From contig CALRDH010000002.1 of NCBI GenBank assembly GCA_943354835.1, positions 42,270 to 106,269 on the forward strand: a stretch of 64,000 nucleotides of DNA, read 5' to 3'. Of this stretch, positions 1 to 8,453 are shown in pieces (within the stretch, counting starts at the first letter, position 1; the number at the start of each line of letters is the position of its first letter). The notes beneath the pieces were generated by a model. The model searched no databases, was not told the origin of the DNA, and worked only from the letters and a program-made list of their open reading frames with translations. A program made the position numbers and the translations under genes. The DNA is from a candidate division WWE3 bacterium (GTDB taxonomy: Bacteria > Patescibacteriota > WWE3 > 2-01-FULL-39-13).

Positions 1-786
1 GTTGTAAGTGTAATTGCAAGTATTAATGGAAATGGACCTTTGGCATTTGGAAATATTATAGGTAGTAATGTTACAAATATTCTTTTGATCTTGGGTATTA
101 GTGCAATTATTCGTCCACTTGCCGTCGATAGATTTACAGTTTTGCGTGACATTCCGTATAGCCTTGTTGCAACACTTGTTTGTTTTTTCATGGTTATAAG
201 ATCTGATGTAATTCATCAAACAGATGGTTATATCTTGCTAGCTTTATTTGCATATTTTTTGTTTTATACATTTTTTAATAGCAATAAAATTGCAAGTACC
301 GACGAACATACAGAAGTTTTGAATATGAAAGTGAAAAAAACTTTTGTTTCTGTTTCTTTTATAACGCTTGGAATTATTGGTTTTGCTCTTGGCGGAAAAT
401 TGGTTGTAGAAGGCGCAGTTCAAATCGCATCATTATTTGGAATAAAGGAATCTGTGATTGGACTTACAATAGTTGCAATTGGAACATCTTTACCCGAACT
501 TGCAACTTCAATTGTTGCAGCATTTAAAAAACAAAGCGGTATCGCAATTGGAAATATCGTAGGATCAAATATATTTAATTTGCTATTTATATTTGGAATA
601 TGCGCAATCATAAAACCAATAAGTCTTCCTGCACTTGCATACTTTGATGTAATCTTTGCATCAATCGCAACAATATCACTATTTCTATTTGTATACGCAA
701 GAAAACCTCACAAACTAACACGCCTTCATGGAATAATGTTCATACTTCTATACATAGGATACATAATCACAATGTTTATGAGGTGA
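1..786 (+). CDS. Na+/Ca2+ (CaCA family, YrbG-like) cation antiporter; 5' partial, frame is open to the window edge
   Basis: Two alpha-repeat signatures (GSNVTNILLILG and GTSLPELATSIVAA). Polytopic hydrophobic profile. The frame is open from nt 1. Confidence 0.75.
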   Translation, partial: VVSVIASINGNGPLAFGNIIGSNVTNILLILGISAIIRPLAVDRFTVLRDIPYSLVATLVCFFMVIRSDVIHQTDGYILLALFAYFLFYTFFNSNKIASTDEHTEVLNMKVKKTFVSVSFITLGIIGFALGGKLVVEGAVQIASLFGIKESVIGLTIVAIGTSLPELATSIVAAFKKQSGIAIGNIVGSNIFNLLFIFGICAIIKPISLPALAYFDVIFASIATISLFLFVYARKPHKLTRLHGIMFILLYIGYIITMFMR

Positions 787-2122
787 TGAGGTCTGAAATT
801 TCTTTAGTTTTTTGGTCTACGATTTCTTGTGATTTAGCCTCTACGTTTAGTCTTACTAATGGTTCTGTATTTGATTTTCTTAAACTAAATCGCCAGTCTC
901 TTTCTCGACCTGTTGTGATACCGTCAAGTTCATCTATCTCATACCCTTGAGAAACAAAATATTGCTTCACCTTCTCTATTGTTGTGTCTGCGTTATCAAC
1001 TGTGAAATTTATTTCACCACTGATGAAATATTTTTCACTGTATGGCGCAAGTAGTTTTGCCAATGTTGTATTTTCTTGTGTGAGAAGTTCTAAAAGTAGA
1101 GCAATTGTTAGCATAGAACTATCCGCATAATATATATCCTTGTAGTAAAAATGGGAGCTAGTCTCTCCAGAGAAAACTGCATCAATTTCTCTCATTTTCG
1201 ATTTTAAAAAGGAGTGTCCTGGTTTACAAATTATGTAAGTTCCTCCACATTTCGAGACAGTATCCTCAATGGCCCAAGTAAGCCTATTTTCATATACTAT
1301 TTTTGATGATGGATATTTTTCTAATATTTTTTTTGCAAGAATCGCAACTAAAAAATAACCGAGTGTGTAGCCGCCATGTTCATCTATAAAGAATATTCTA
1401 TCCCCGTCTCCATCTAGTGCGATACCTAAATCTGCTTTTTCTTCTACAACCCTTTTTCTTAATTCTGCAACATTTTCTTCTTTTATTGGATTTGCTTCGT
1501 GATTAGGAAACCTTCCGTCAGGCTCAAAATACATAGGAATTACATTTAAGTTTGATCCTGAAAAGACTTTTTCAACGAGGACTCCACCCATTCCATTTCC
1601 TGCATCAATTACAATTTTTATCGGTTTTAATTTAGTTATATCTACGAGTTGTTCGACTCTTTGTCTAAACTCTGGGAACGGATCGATTTCTTCAACTTGA
1701 GTTGGCAGATTTAATCTTTCATACTTTGAATTTATAGCCAGATCTCGTATTTCGTATATTCCATTGTCTCCACTAATAGGTTCTGCACCTTTTTTTACCA
1801 TTTTCATTCCGTTGTATTCGGATGGATTATGAGAAGCTGTTAGCATTATTCCTGATTCGTAGTTGTTCTTTCCGACTGTGAAATATAAAACCTCTGTGCC
1901 TATTTGCCCGAGTTTGATTACTTTTGCACCCGCGTCATTTATACCTGCAATTAAGTGTGGCAATAAACTTGGAGTAGATACTCTCATGTCCCAACCAATG
2001 GCAACTTCTTTTACTTTCAGAAAATCGATGAAGGCCCTACCAATTTGATATATGTCATTTTCGTCCATTTGATCAGGATATATTGCACGAATGTCGTATG
2101 CTTTGAAGATTGTTGCATCCAT
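776..2122 (-). CDS. phosphomannomutase/phosphoglucomutase (alpha-D-phosphohexomutase)
   Basis: TASHNP phosphoserine loop, GIALDGDGDR Mg-binding loop, 448 aa. Confidence 0.85.
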   Translation of the reverse strand: MDATIFKAYDIRAIYPDQMDENDIYQIGRAFIDFLKVKEVAIGWDMRVSTPSLLPHLIAGINDAGAKVIKLGQIGTEVLYFTVGKNNYESGIMLTASHNPSEYNGMKMVKKGAEPISGDNGIYEIRDLAINSKYERLNLPTQVEEIDPFPEFRQRVEQLVDITKLKPIKIVIDAGNGMGGVLVEKVFSGSNLNVIPMYFEPDGRFPNHEANPIKEENVAELRKRVVEEKADLGIALDGDGDRIFFIDEHGGYTLGYFLVAILAKKILEKYPSSKIVYENRLTWAIEDTVSKCGGTYIICKPGHSFLKSKMREIDAVFSGETSSHFYYKDIYYADSSMLTIALLLELLTQENTTLAKLLAPYSEKYFISGEINFTVDNADTTIEKVKQYFVSQGYEIDELDGITTGRERDWRFSLRKSNTEPLVRLNVEAKSQEIVDQKTKEISDLITS

Positions 2123-2142
2123 ATCCAGAATTGTAATGAATT

Positions 2143-2961
2143 ATGCTTTTATGTCAAACTGTTATGATAATTTTTTCGCCATGGTACATTTTAATTATGG
2201 ATGAAGTTTTGGTTGTTAATAAACCGCTTGGTGTTACAAGTTTTGATGTTATAAGGGATTTGAAAAGAAGGTTTCCAGGTGAAAAGATTGGCCATGCGGG
2301 AACTTTAGATCCTTTGGCTAGTGGTGTTTTGATTTGCCTTGTTGGAAAAGACGCGACAAAAAGGCAAAGTGAGTTTATGGATTGTGATAAGGAATATGAA
2401 TTTGATGTTTTATTTGGATTTGAAACTGATACTTATGATATTTTGGGGCTGGTCAAGGGTAGGGCTTTTTATGTTTGTGAGGATATAGAAAGTAAGGTTG
2501 GTTCTTTTGTTAAAGGTTTGAAGGGCGACCTTGACCAGCCGGTGCCAGCCTTTAGTGCCGTAAAAGTCAAAGGTCGCGAATTGTATAGATGGTATTTAGA
2601 CGGCAAAATTAATGAAGTTGAGATTCCAATTAAGCAGGTTCACATAGATTCAATTGATATAAAGAATGTCGAAAAAATCTCAAAAGAAGATCTTCGTTTA
2701 AAAATAAATTCGCTATTAGAAACTGTTAAATCTGGATTTAGGCAGAACATGGTTTTTGAATCTTGGAAAAAAACGTTGGATGAATCAAAACAAGATTCGT
2801 TTTTGATTGTAAGAATACAGGCTGTTGTTTCAAAAGGAACTTATGTAAGGGCGATTGCTTACAAACTCGGGACAGACCTAAAAACTGGAGCATGTACACT
2901 AACAATTAAAAGGACAAGGGTTGGAAAATATACACTAGACGAAAAAGCTTTGCCTATTTGA
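2143..2961 (+). CDS. truB: tRNA pseudouridine(55) synthase TruB
   Basis: Contains the VLVVNKPLGVTSFDV and GHAGTLDPLASGVL motif II with the catalytic Asp. The start is more likely the internal ATG near 2197. Confidence 0.85.
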   Translation: MLLCQTVMIIFSPWYILIMDEVLVVNKPLGVTSFDVIRDLKRRFPGEKIGHAGTLDPLASGVLICLVGKDATKRQSEFMDCDKEYEFDVLFGFETDTYDILGLVKGRAFYVCEDIESKVGSFVKGLKGDLDQPVPAFSAVKVKGRELYRWYLDGKINEVEIPIKQVHIDSIDIKNVEKISKEDLRLKINSLLETVKSGFRQNMVFESWKKTLDESKQDSFLIVRIQAVVSKGTYVRAIAYKLGTDLKTGACTLTIKRTRVGKYTLDEKALPI

Positions 2962-3452
2962 TTTATCATTCACTTTTGTATGTGTTAGAATTTTTTAATA
3001 TGAATAAAAACACAAAAATTGTATTTGGCCTTATTTCTGTAACAGCTATATTAGTGGGCATTTTTTTTCTGAATGGTATGAATGATGTGTCAGAAAAAAA
3101 ACCGGAAGTTATTGTTAATAAGGAAGATGTTGTAAATACCCCCTCCGGCTCGTATGAAGCATTTAGTATAGATAAGATTTCGCGAGCAAAAACTTCAGAT
3201 GTCGTACTTTTTTTTAATGCGTCGTGGTGCCCTACATGTAGAGCATTAAATAAAGATATTGAAGAAAATCTTTCATCGATTCCTGAAAACGTGACAATTT
3301 TGAAGACAGATTACGATACAGAAACCGAATTGAAGAAAAAATATGAAGTTACCTATCAGCACACTCTTGTACAGGTTGATGAATCAGGGAATTTGATCAA
3401 AAAATGGAGCGGTGGCCTAAAACTGGAAAATCTTTTAACACAAATAAAATAA
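2958..3452 (+). CDS. membrane-anchored thioredoxin-like protein
   Basis: N-terminal TM helix, WCPTCR (CxxC) thioredoxin active site. It lies immediately upstream of the msrAB fusion. Confidence 0.7.
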   Translation: MIYHSLLYVLEFFNMNKNTKIVFGLISVTAILVGIFFLNGMNDVSEKKPEVIVNKEDVVNTPSGSYEAFSIDKISRAKTSDVVLFFNASWCPTCRALNKDIEENLSSIPENVTILKTDYDTETELKKKYEVTYQHTLVQVDESGNLIKKWSGGLKLENLLTQIK

Positions 3453-3453
3453 T

Positions 3454-5211
3454 ATGATTTTCTTTGTTATTTCAATTCTAGCTGGGATTTTAACAGTTCT
3501 TGCTCCATGTATATTACCGTTTTTACCAATTGTAATTGGGGCTTCTGAAAATAGTAAAAGGCGTATCTCAAAGCGTGCTATTATCGTTATTTTTTCACTT
3601 AGTGTTTCTGTCATAGCGTTTACATTGCTTCTTAAAGCGTCGACTGCATTTATAGGTATTCCTCAAAGTTTTTGGACTGGGTTTTCTGGTAGTGTAATTC
3701 TGCTTGTTGGACTTTCGATTGTATTTCCTTCATTTTGGGCAAGATTGCCATTTATTAATAAAATCAGTCAAATTGGAAATAGTGCTATTGCAACAGGACA
3801 TGGCAAGAAAAATTATATTGGAGATATTTTAGTTGGGCTCGCACTTGGACCAGTTTTTTCTACTTGTTCACCGACTTATTTATTTATAATTGCAACTACA
3901 TTACCTGCAACATTTTTTGTCGGTCTTATTTACCTTTTTGGATTTACGTTTGGCATGGCAGTATCACTTTTTTTAATTGCGAGTTTCGGACAACGATTAG
4001 TAAATAAGATAACTTCCCATATGCAAGCGGCTGGAAATGTTAAGAAGCTTTTTGGTTTACTAATTATTGTCGTTGGCTTAGCAATTTTTAGTGGCTATGA
4101 CAAGAAATTTGAAGCTTTTATTTTGGATTCAGGATATGGAGCAACAATTTATCTTGAAGAAAGCTTGATTGAGAAATTTGCACCTAAAGATTCGTTATCA
4201 AATGAAAATTATGAAGTAATTACACTTGCTGGTGGTTGTTTTTGGTGTATTGAAGCTCCTTTTCAAGAAACGCCTGGTGTAATAGATGCTGTTTCTGGTT
4301 ATGCCGGAGGAGATAAAAGCGATGCAATCTATTCTGTTGTTTCAAGTGGTGGTACTAAGCATAGAGAGGCTGTGCAGGTAACGTATGATCCACAGATTAT
4401 TTCAACCGAAGATATTCTTGATATCTTTTGGTCACATATAGATCCAACCGATTTAGAGGGTCAATTTGCAGACAAGGGTTTTCAGTATTCAACTGCAATT
4501 TTTTACCACACAGTAGAGCAGTCTAGAGTCGCTCGGATGTCAAAGGAGAAGTTAGAAGCAAGTGGGCTTTTTGATGAGCCGATCGTTACTGCTCTTTTAC
4601 CTTATACAACATTTTTTAAGGCAGAGGAATATCATCAAGATTATTATAAAAAGTCAGCTGATTATTATGACCGTTATAAAAAGGCTTCAGGAAGAGATAC
4701 CTTTGTAGAAGGGACCTGGGCGAAGGATGCTGCGCTTAAATTTTTGGAAAGTGATAAAAGTAGTAACGACAAATATAATTACACCGATGAGGAAATTGCC
4801 GAATTATTAAAAGATTTAGATCCACTTGCCTATCATGTTGTTGCTGAGAATGGTACGGAATCCCCATTTAACAATGCATACTGGGATAATAAGGCTGATG
4901 GGATTTATGTGGATATTGTTACTGGTAAACCACTTTTTTCAAGTACTCATAAGTATGATTCTGGAACTGGTTGGCCTAGTTTTTGGAGGACCATTGATGA
5001 TGATTCAGTTACGTTACATGAAGATAATTCACTGTCTACGACTCGCGTAGAAGTTAGAAGTGAGTCTGGACATTTAGGTCATGTTTTTGATGATGGACCA
5101 GTAAATGAAGGCGGTCGTCGATTTTGCACTAATTCTGCATCTTTAAATTTTGTTCCAAAAGAAGAAATGGTCGCTCGTGGATATGAAGCATATATGTATT
5201 TGTTTAAATAG
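3454..5211 (+). CDS. msrAB: CcdA/DsbD-like transmembrane thiol-disulfide transporter fused to MsrA and MsrB
   Basis: N-terminal polytopic region with Cys in TM1 (LAPCILPFLP) and a later TCSP. MsrA motif GGCFWCIE. MsrB motifs GTGWPSF and GHVFDDGP...RFCTNSASL. Confidence 0.85.
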   Translation: MIFFVISILAGILTVLAPCILPFLPIVIGASENSKRRISKRAIIVIFSLSVSVIAFTLLLKASTAFIGIPQSFWTGFSGSVILLVGLSIVFPSFWARLPFINKISQIGNSAIATGHGKKNYIGDILVGLALGPVFSTCSPTYLFIIATTLPATFFVGLIYLFGFTFGMAVSLFLIASFGQRLVNKITSHMQAAGNVKKLFGLLIIVVGLAIFSGYDKKFEAFILDSGYGATIYLEESLIEKFAPKDSLSNENYEVITLAGGCFWCIEAPFQETPGVIDAVSGYAGGDKSDAIYSVVSSGGTKHREAVQVTYDPQIISTEDILDIFWSHIDPTDLEGQFADKGFQYSTAIFYHTVEQSRVARMSKEKLEASGLFDEPIVTALLPYTTFFKAEEYHQDYYKKSADYYDRYKKASGRDTFVEGTWAKDAALKFLESDKSSNDKYNYTDEEIAELLKDLDPLAYHVVAENGTESPFNNAYWDNKADGIYVDIVTGKPLFSSTHKYDSGTGWPSFWRTIDDDSVTLHEDNSLSTTRVEVRSESGHLGHVFDDGPVNEGGRRFCTNSASLNFVPKEEMVARGYEAYMYLFK

Positions 5212-5266
5212 CAACTCTTTGCCTATTTGACATTTTTCATATAAAATTAAGCAGAAATTTCCGTAC

Positions 5267-5341
5267 GGGCCAGTAGCTCAGGGGTTCCATTTGCAAAGCA
5301 AATGATAGCCGAAGCGTAAGCGAGGCGTTTGAGCACCTGCC
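5267..5341 (+). pseudogene. truncated 5' fragment of tRNA-Lys (acceptor and D arm with a 43-nt insertion, anticodon-stem 5' strand, then divergence)
   Basis: The first 20 nt (gggccagtagctcaggggtt) and GAGCACCTGCC match the tRNA-Lys that starts at 5373. There is no anticodon loop, T-arm or 3' acceptor. Confidence 0.6.
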
Positions 5342-5372
5342 GAAAGTTAGTGAGTAAGGATGTGTATTTTTA

Positions 5373-5448
5373 GGGCCAGTAGCTCAGGGGTTAGAGCACC
5401 TGCCTTTTAAGCAGGGTGTCGTTGGTTCGATTCCAACCTGGCTCACCA
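5373..5448 (+). tRNA. tRNA-Lys (anticodon TTT)
   Basis: Cloverleaf is readable. The anticodon loop is cTTTTAa, the T-loop is GGTTCGATTCC and the acceptor is gggccag/ctggctc plus A-CCA. Confidence 0.85.
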
Positions 5449-5463
5449 GTTTATTCATATTTT

Positions 5464-7275
5464 ATGAAAAGTTTTACGTTAGGTCCAAATTTAATAGGAA
5501 TTGTTTCCCTTTTCGCATCTGCTTTTATTTCGTTTCTTTTAGTACCTAATAATGTAGAGTATTTTCCCTCTTTAGGCGTTTCATTATCGTTTTTGATTTT
5601 GAATATTTTGATTTTCGTCTCTATTCAACAAAAAAGTAATTTTCACAAAATTTTATTTGTCTTTGCAAGTTTAACTTCCCTATCTGTTGTTTTTTATGCG
5701 AATGGATTTTTGACATTTTTAAATATACTTGCGAGTTTGTATTTGATTAGTCTGTACAATTTAAAAAATTTGAACATTTTAGAAGTTATCTTTGCGCCAC
5801 TTGTTTCTGTTTTAAAGGCTATTGTCTCTATCAATCAATACAAAATAGATAAAAGTAAGTTTCATCTTACTAAACAAAAAATTAATAAAAATACAGTTTA
5901 TCCTGTAATAATTACAGTTGTTGTTTTAGCTTTAATATTACCTATTTTGGCTTCTGCTAATCCAATTTTTGAAAATCTAGTGACTAACATATTTAAATCT
6001 TTAAGACTTGAAGAACTTTTTGAAAATTTATCCGCGTGGATGTTCCGATTTATTGTGTTTGTATTTTGGTCTTTTGCAATCCCAAGATTTATAGGACTTG
6101 TTAATACTCCTAAAGAGGAAGTTTCAGAATCAACATCCGAACTTTCTTTGCTTATTCCAAAAACCGCAGTCATTTTTGTAATCGTAGCTTTTTTTGCAAC
6201 ACAAATACAGCTTTATACAGCCAGCGCCGAAGTTTTAAAGAACCTAGATATTTCTAACTCTTCACAAACCCGCGCTATTTTTTCGCAATTAAGCGTTGTA
6301 GCTTTAATAATTTTCGGCCTAATCTATAGCGATAAAATTCGAAAATATAATAATAAAGTTTCAACTTACGTTTTGATTATTGAAGGCTTATTTCTAACTG
6401 CTATTGCAACTTATAGCGATTATAGTTATATCTCAAACTGGGGGTTAACTCACAAAAGATTATATGGGATTGCTGTAATACTTTGGCTTGTTACTGCATT
6501 TGTTCTCTTCAGTTATAAGTATTTAAAAACGCAAAGTGATAATAAATTTATTAAGAATATTGTAACTTTAACCGGTGTCATAATTTTATCAATTAACTTT
6601 GCGAATTTTGATTTTTTAATTGCAAACTTTCAACCCAAAAATGAACAAGGCATCGATTATAACTATATTATTTACAACACTAGTGCCGATGGAAAAGCAT
6701 ATGACAGAATAGTTGATGAATCTTCTGTTGGTGATGAATGGTATGACATAAAAATGTCTATGGAACAATTGATTCAATTAAAGAAGAAGTATTACAATTA
6801 CGTACTTAGAGCAGGTGTAAGTCAAAAGTATTACGAAGAATTTTATCTTCAGCAACCTAAGATTTCAGATTTTCGACAAATAAATTTATCAGAATTTATG
6901 TATGTTTCCCAAATCTCAAATTCTAAAATGGACGATCTTGTTACAAAAACATTAAAAATGATAGATGCTCTTAGACCTGTTGAAACATTCCCTGAAGTGA
7001 ATATAGTGAATCCAGAGTTTGAATCAGTACTAGTAACCATAAAACTTAAGTCGATTGAAAATATGTGTAACGACAAATGCATATTCGTGGAATTAAAAGA
7101 TAGTATGGAACTTAGAAGTAGTAGCGTATTTGTTGGAAATTATTATAAATATTTGACCAAAGCCGGAAACTATCAAATTGCAATTTATCAAGCTGATGAA
7201 GATTGGAATAGATCTATCTTATTAATGCACACGACAATTGAGGTTAACGAAAACACTACAGAGATAGAGATTTGA
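5464..7275 (+). CDS. large polytopic membrane protein, function unknown
   Basis: About 14 hydrophobic helices followed by a soluble C-terminal roughly 200 aa. The track ORF starts at 5416 but overlaps tRNA-Lys, so the internal Met is preferred. Confidence 0.5.
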   Translation: MKSFTLGPNLIGIVSLFASAFISFLLVPNNVEYFPSLGVSLSFLILNILIFVSIQQKSNFHKILFVFASLTSLSVVFYANGFLTFLNILASLYLISLYNLKNLNILEVIFAPLVSVLKAIVSINQYKIDKSKFHLTKQKINKNTVYPVIITVVVLALILPILASANPIFENLVTNIFKSLRLEELFENLSAWMFRFIVFVFWSFAIPRFIGLVNTPKEEVSESTSELSLLIPKTAVIFVIVAFFATQIQLYTASAEVLKNLDISNSSQTRAIFSQLSVVALIIFGLIYSDKIRKYNNKVSTYVLIIEGLFLTAIATYSDYSYISNWGLTHKRLYGIAVILWLVTAFVLFSYKYLKTQSDNKFIKNIVTLTGVIILSINFANFDFLIANFQPKNEQGIDYNYIIYNTSADGKAYDRIVDESSVGDEWYDIKMSMEQLIQLKKKYYNYVLRAGVSQKYYEEFYLQQPKISDFRQINLSEFMYVSQISNSKMDDLVTKTLKMIDALRPVETFPEVNIVNPEFESVLVTIKLKSIENMCNDKCIFVELKDSMELRSSSVFVGNYYKYLTKAGNYQIAIYQADEDWNRSILLMHTTIEVNENTTEIEI

Positions 7276-7280
7276 GGGTT

Positions 7281-8264
7281 TTATACTTCACTTATTACGT
7301 CAAATCCTTTGTAGCTTCCGACTATGGAATAGCCGATTACTTTTATTTTTGCAACAGAGAGTTTGCGGATTTTTTTTGATACTTCGTTTAAAGTTGCCCC
7401 AGATCCTGTTGCATCATCAATTAGCAAAACATTTCCGTCTATTTTTTGCGTTGGTTTAACAATTATTGTATTAGCTGCGTTTTCTATACGATCCTCAAGC
7501 TTTTTTAACGTTTTTTGTGCAACTTTTGTTGAGCTTGGAAATTTATTAATTTGAATTTGGTGCTTCGTAAGCTTCAAAGTGTCTTTAATTACGTCGATAA
7601 ATTGCATCTTTCGATCTATTGTTGGTGGAATATAGCCGATATATTTTATATCGTACTTACTAATTAAGCTTTCAATAGAAGGTTTTATAATGCCTGCAAT
7701 TTCTATTCCTAACGCCTTGTTTTGAGAGGATTTGGAAATATAAACCAACTGCCCGAGTTTTGTTTTACCGAAATAGCCCATTGTGTAAAAATCACTAAAA
7801 TAAATTTGGTCAAGATCGACCTTGTATTTTTGTGAAAGTATCCTTTTTTTAGCTTTGATTAATCCGTTTTCTTTAAATTTCTCCATGGATTTATATGTTT
7901 TAACAAACCGGACTTTCTCTTTGTTAAAGTCAAATTTATTTTTAATGCACCAAGCGTTTAGACCGCTTAGTCCGCGAGTAAGATGTCCAGATGGTGAAAC
8001 ATAAATATAATTTTGTTCTATTAAAAGATCGTTTAAAGTTATTGGCTTTATGTTGGAATCAGTTTTATTGTTAACTGTATAGTAAATTTCTGGCGCGTTG
8101 CCATCTTTAATAATTATTCCTACATCTTTCAAATTAGATAGATGTTTGTAAATCGTTTTATCTGAAACTTTTAGATTCTTAATAAGTTCGGAAGACCTAA
8201 TCGGCCCTTTTTCCTTAATTTCTTCTAAAACCCTATTTGATTGGTTCGAAATATTAAACTTCAT
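7281..8264 (-). CDS. winged-HTH regulator fused to a phosphoribosyltransferase domain (PurR/ComF-like architecture)
   Basis: N-terminal HTH (SSELIKNLKVSDKTIYKHLSNLKDVGII). C-terminal PRPP-binding motif VLLIDDATGSGATL. Confidence 0.6.
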   Translation of the reverse strand: MKFNISNQSNRVLEEIKEKGPIRSSELIKNLKVSDKTIYKHLSNLKDVGIIIKDGNAPEIYYTVNNKTDSNIKPITLNDLLIEQNYIYVSPSGHLTRGLSGLNAWCIKNKFDFNKEKVRFVKTYKSMEKFKENGLIKAKKRILSQKYKVDLDQIYFSDFYTMGYFGKTKLGQLVYISKSSQNKALGIEIAGIIKPSIESLISKYDIKYIGYIPPTIDRKMQFIDVIKDTLKLTKHQIQINKFPSSTKVAQKTLKKLEDRIENAANTIIVKPTQKIDGNVLLIDDATGSGATLNEVSKKIRKLSVAKIKVIGYSIVGSYKGFDVISEV

Positions 8265-8376
8265 AGGCTGATTATATGGGGTGAGTACTCACCAGTCAAT
8301 GCTCACCCCTAGCGTTTCATACTTCATGAAGACAAGATTTAGTGTTATTGATATAATTCTAATCGAATCAAAGTGT

Positions 8377-8453
8377 GGCCCCGTCGTCTAGCGGTCTAGG
8401 ACATCTGGTTTTCATCCAGAAGATCGCGGGTTCGATTCCCGCCGGGGTCACCA
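8377..8453 (+). tRNA. tRNA-Glu (anticodon TTC)
   Basis: The anticodon arm is tctgg-tTTTCAt-ccaga and the T-loop is GGGTTCGATTCCCGC. It ends in A-CCA at 8450-8453, and its last 9 nt start the island's direct repeat. Confidence 0.85.

Noticed and set aside
4826-5050. 74-aa ORF in an alternative frame inside msrAB
   Set aside because: It is nested within the conserved MsrB coding region. The MsrB frame carries the diagnostic motifs.
5267-5372. Possibility that the first tRNA-Lys-like sequence is a functional intron-containing tRNA
   Set aside because: There is no anticodon loop, T-arm or 3' acceptor strand after the inserted segment. Similarity stops after the anticodon-stem 5' strand.
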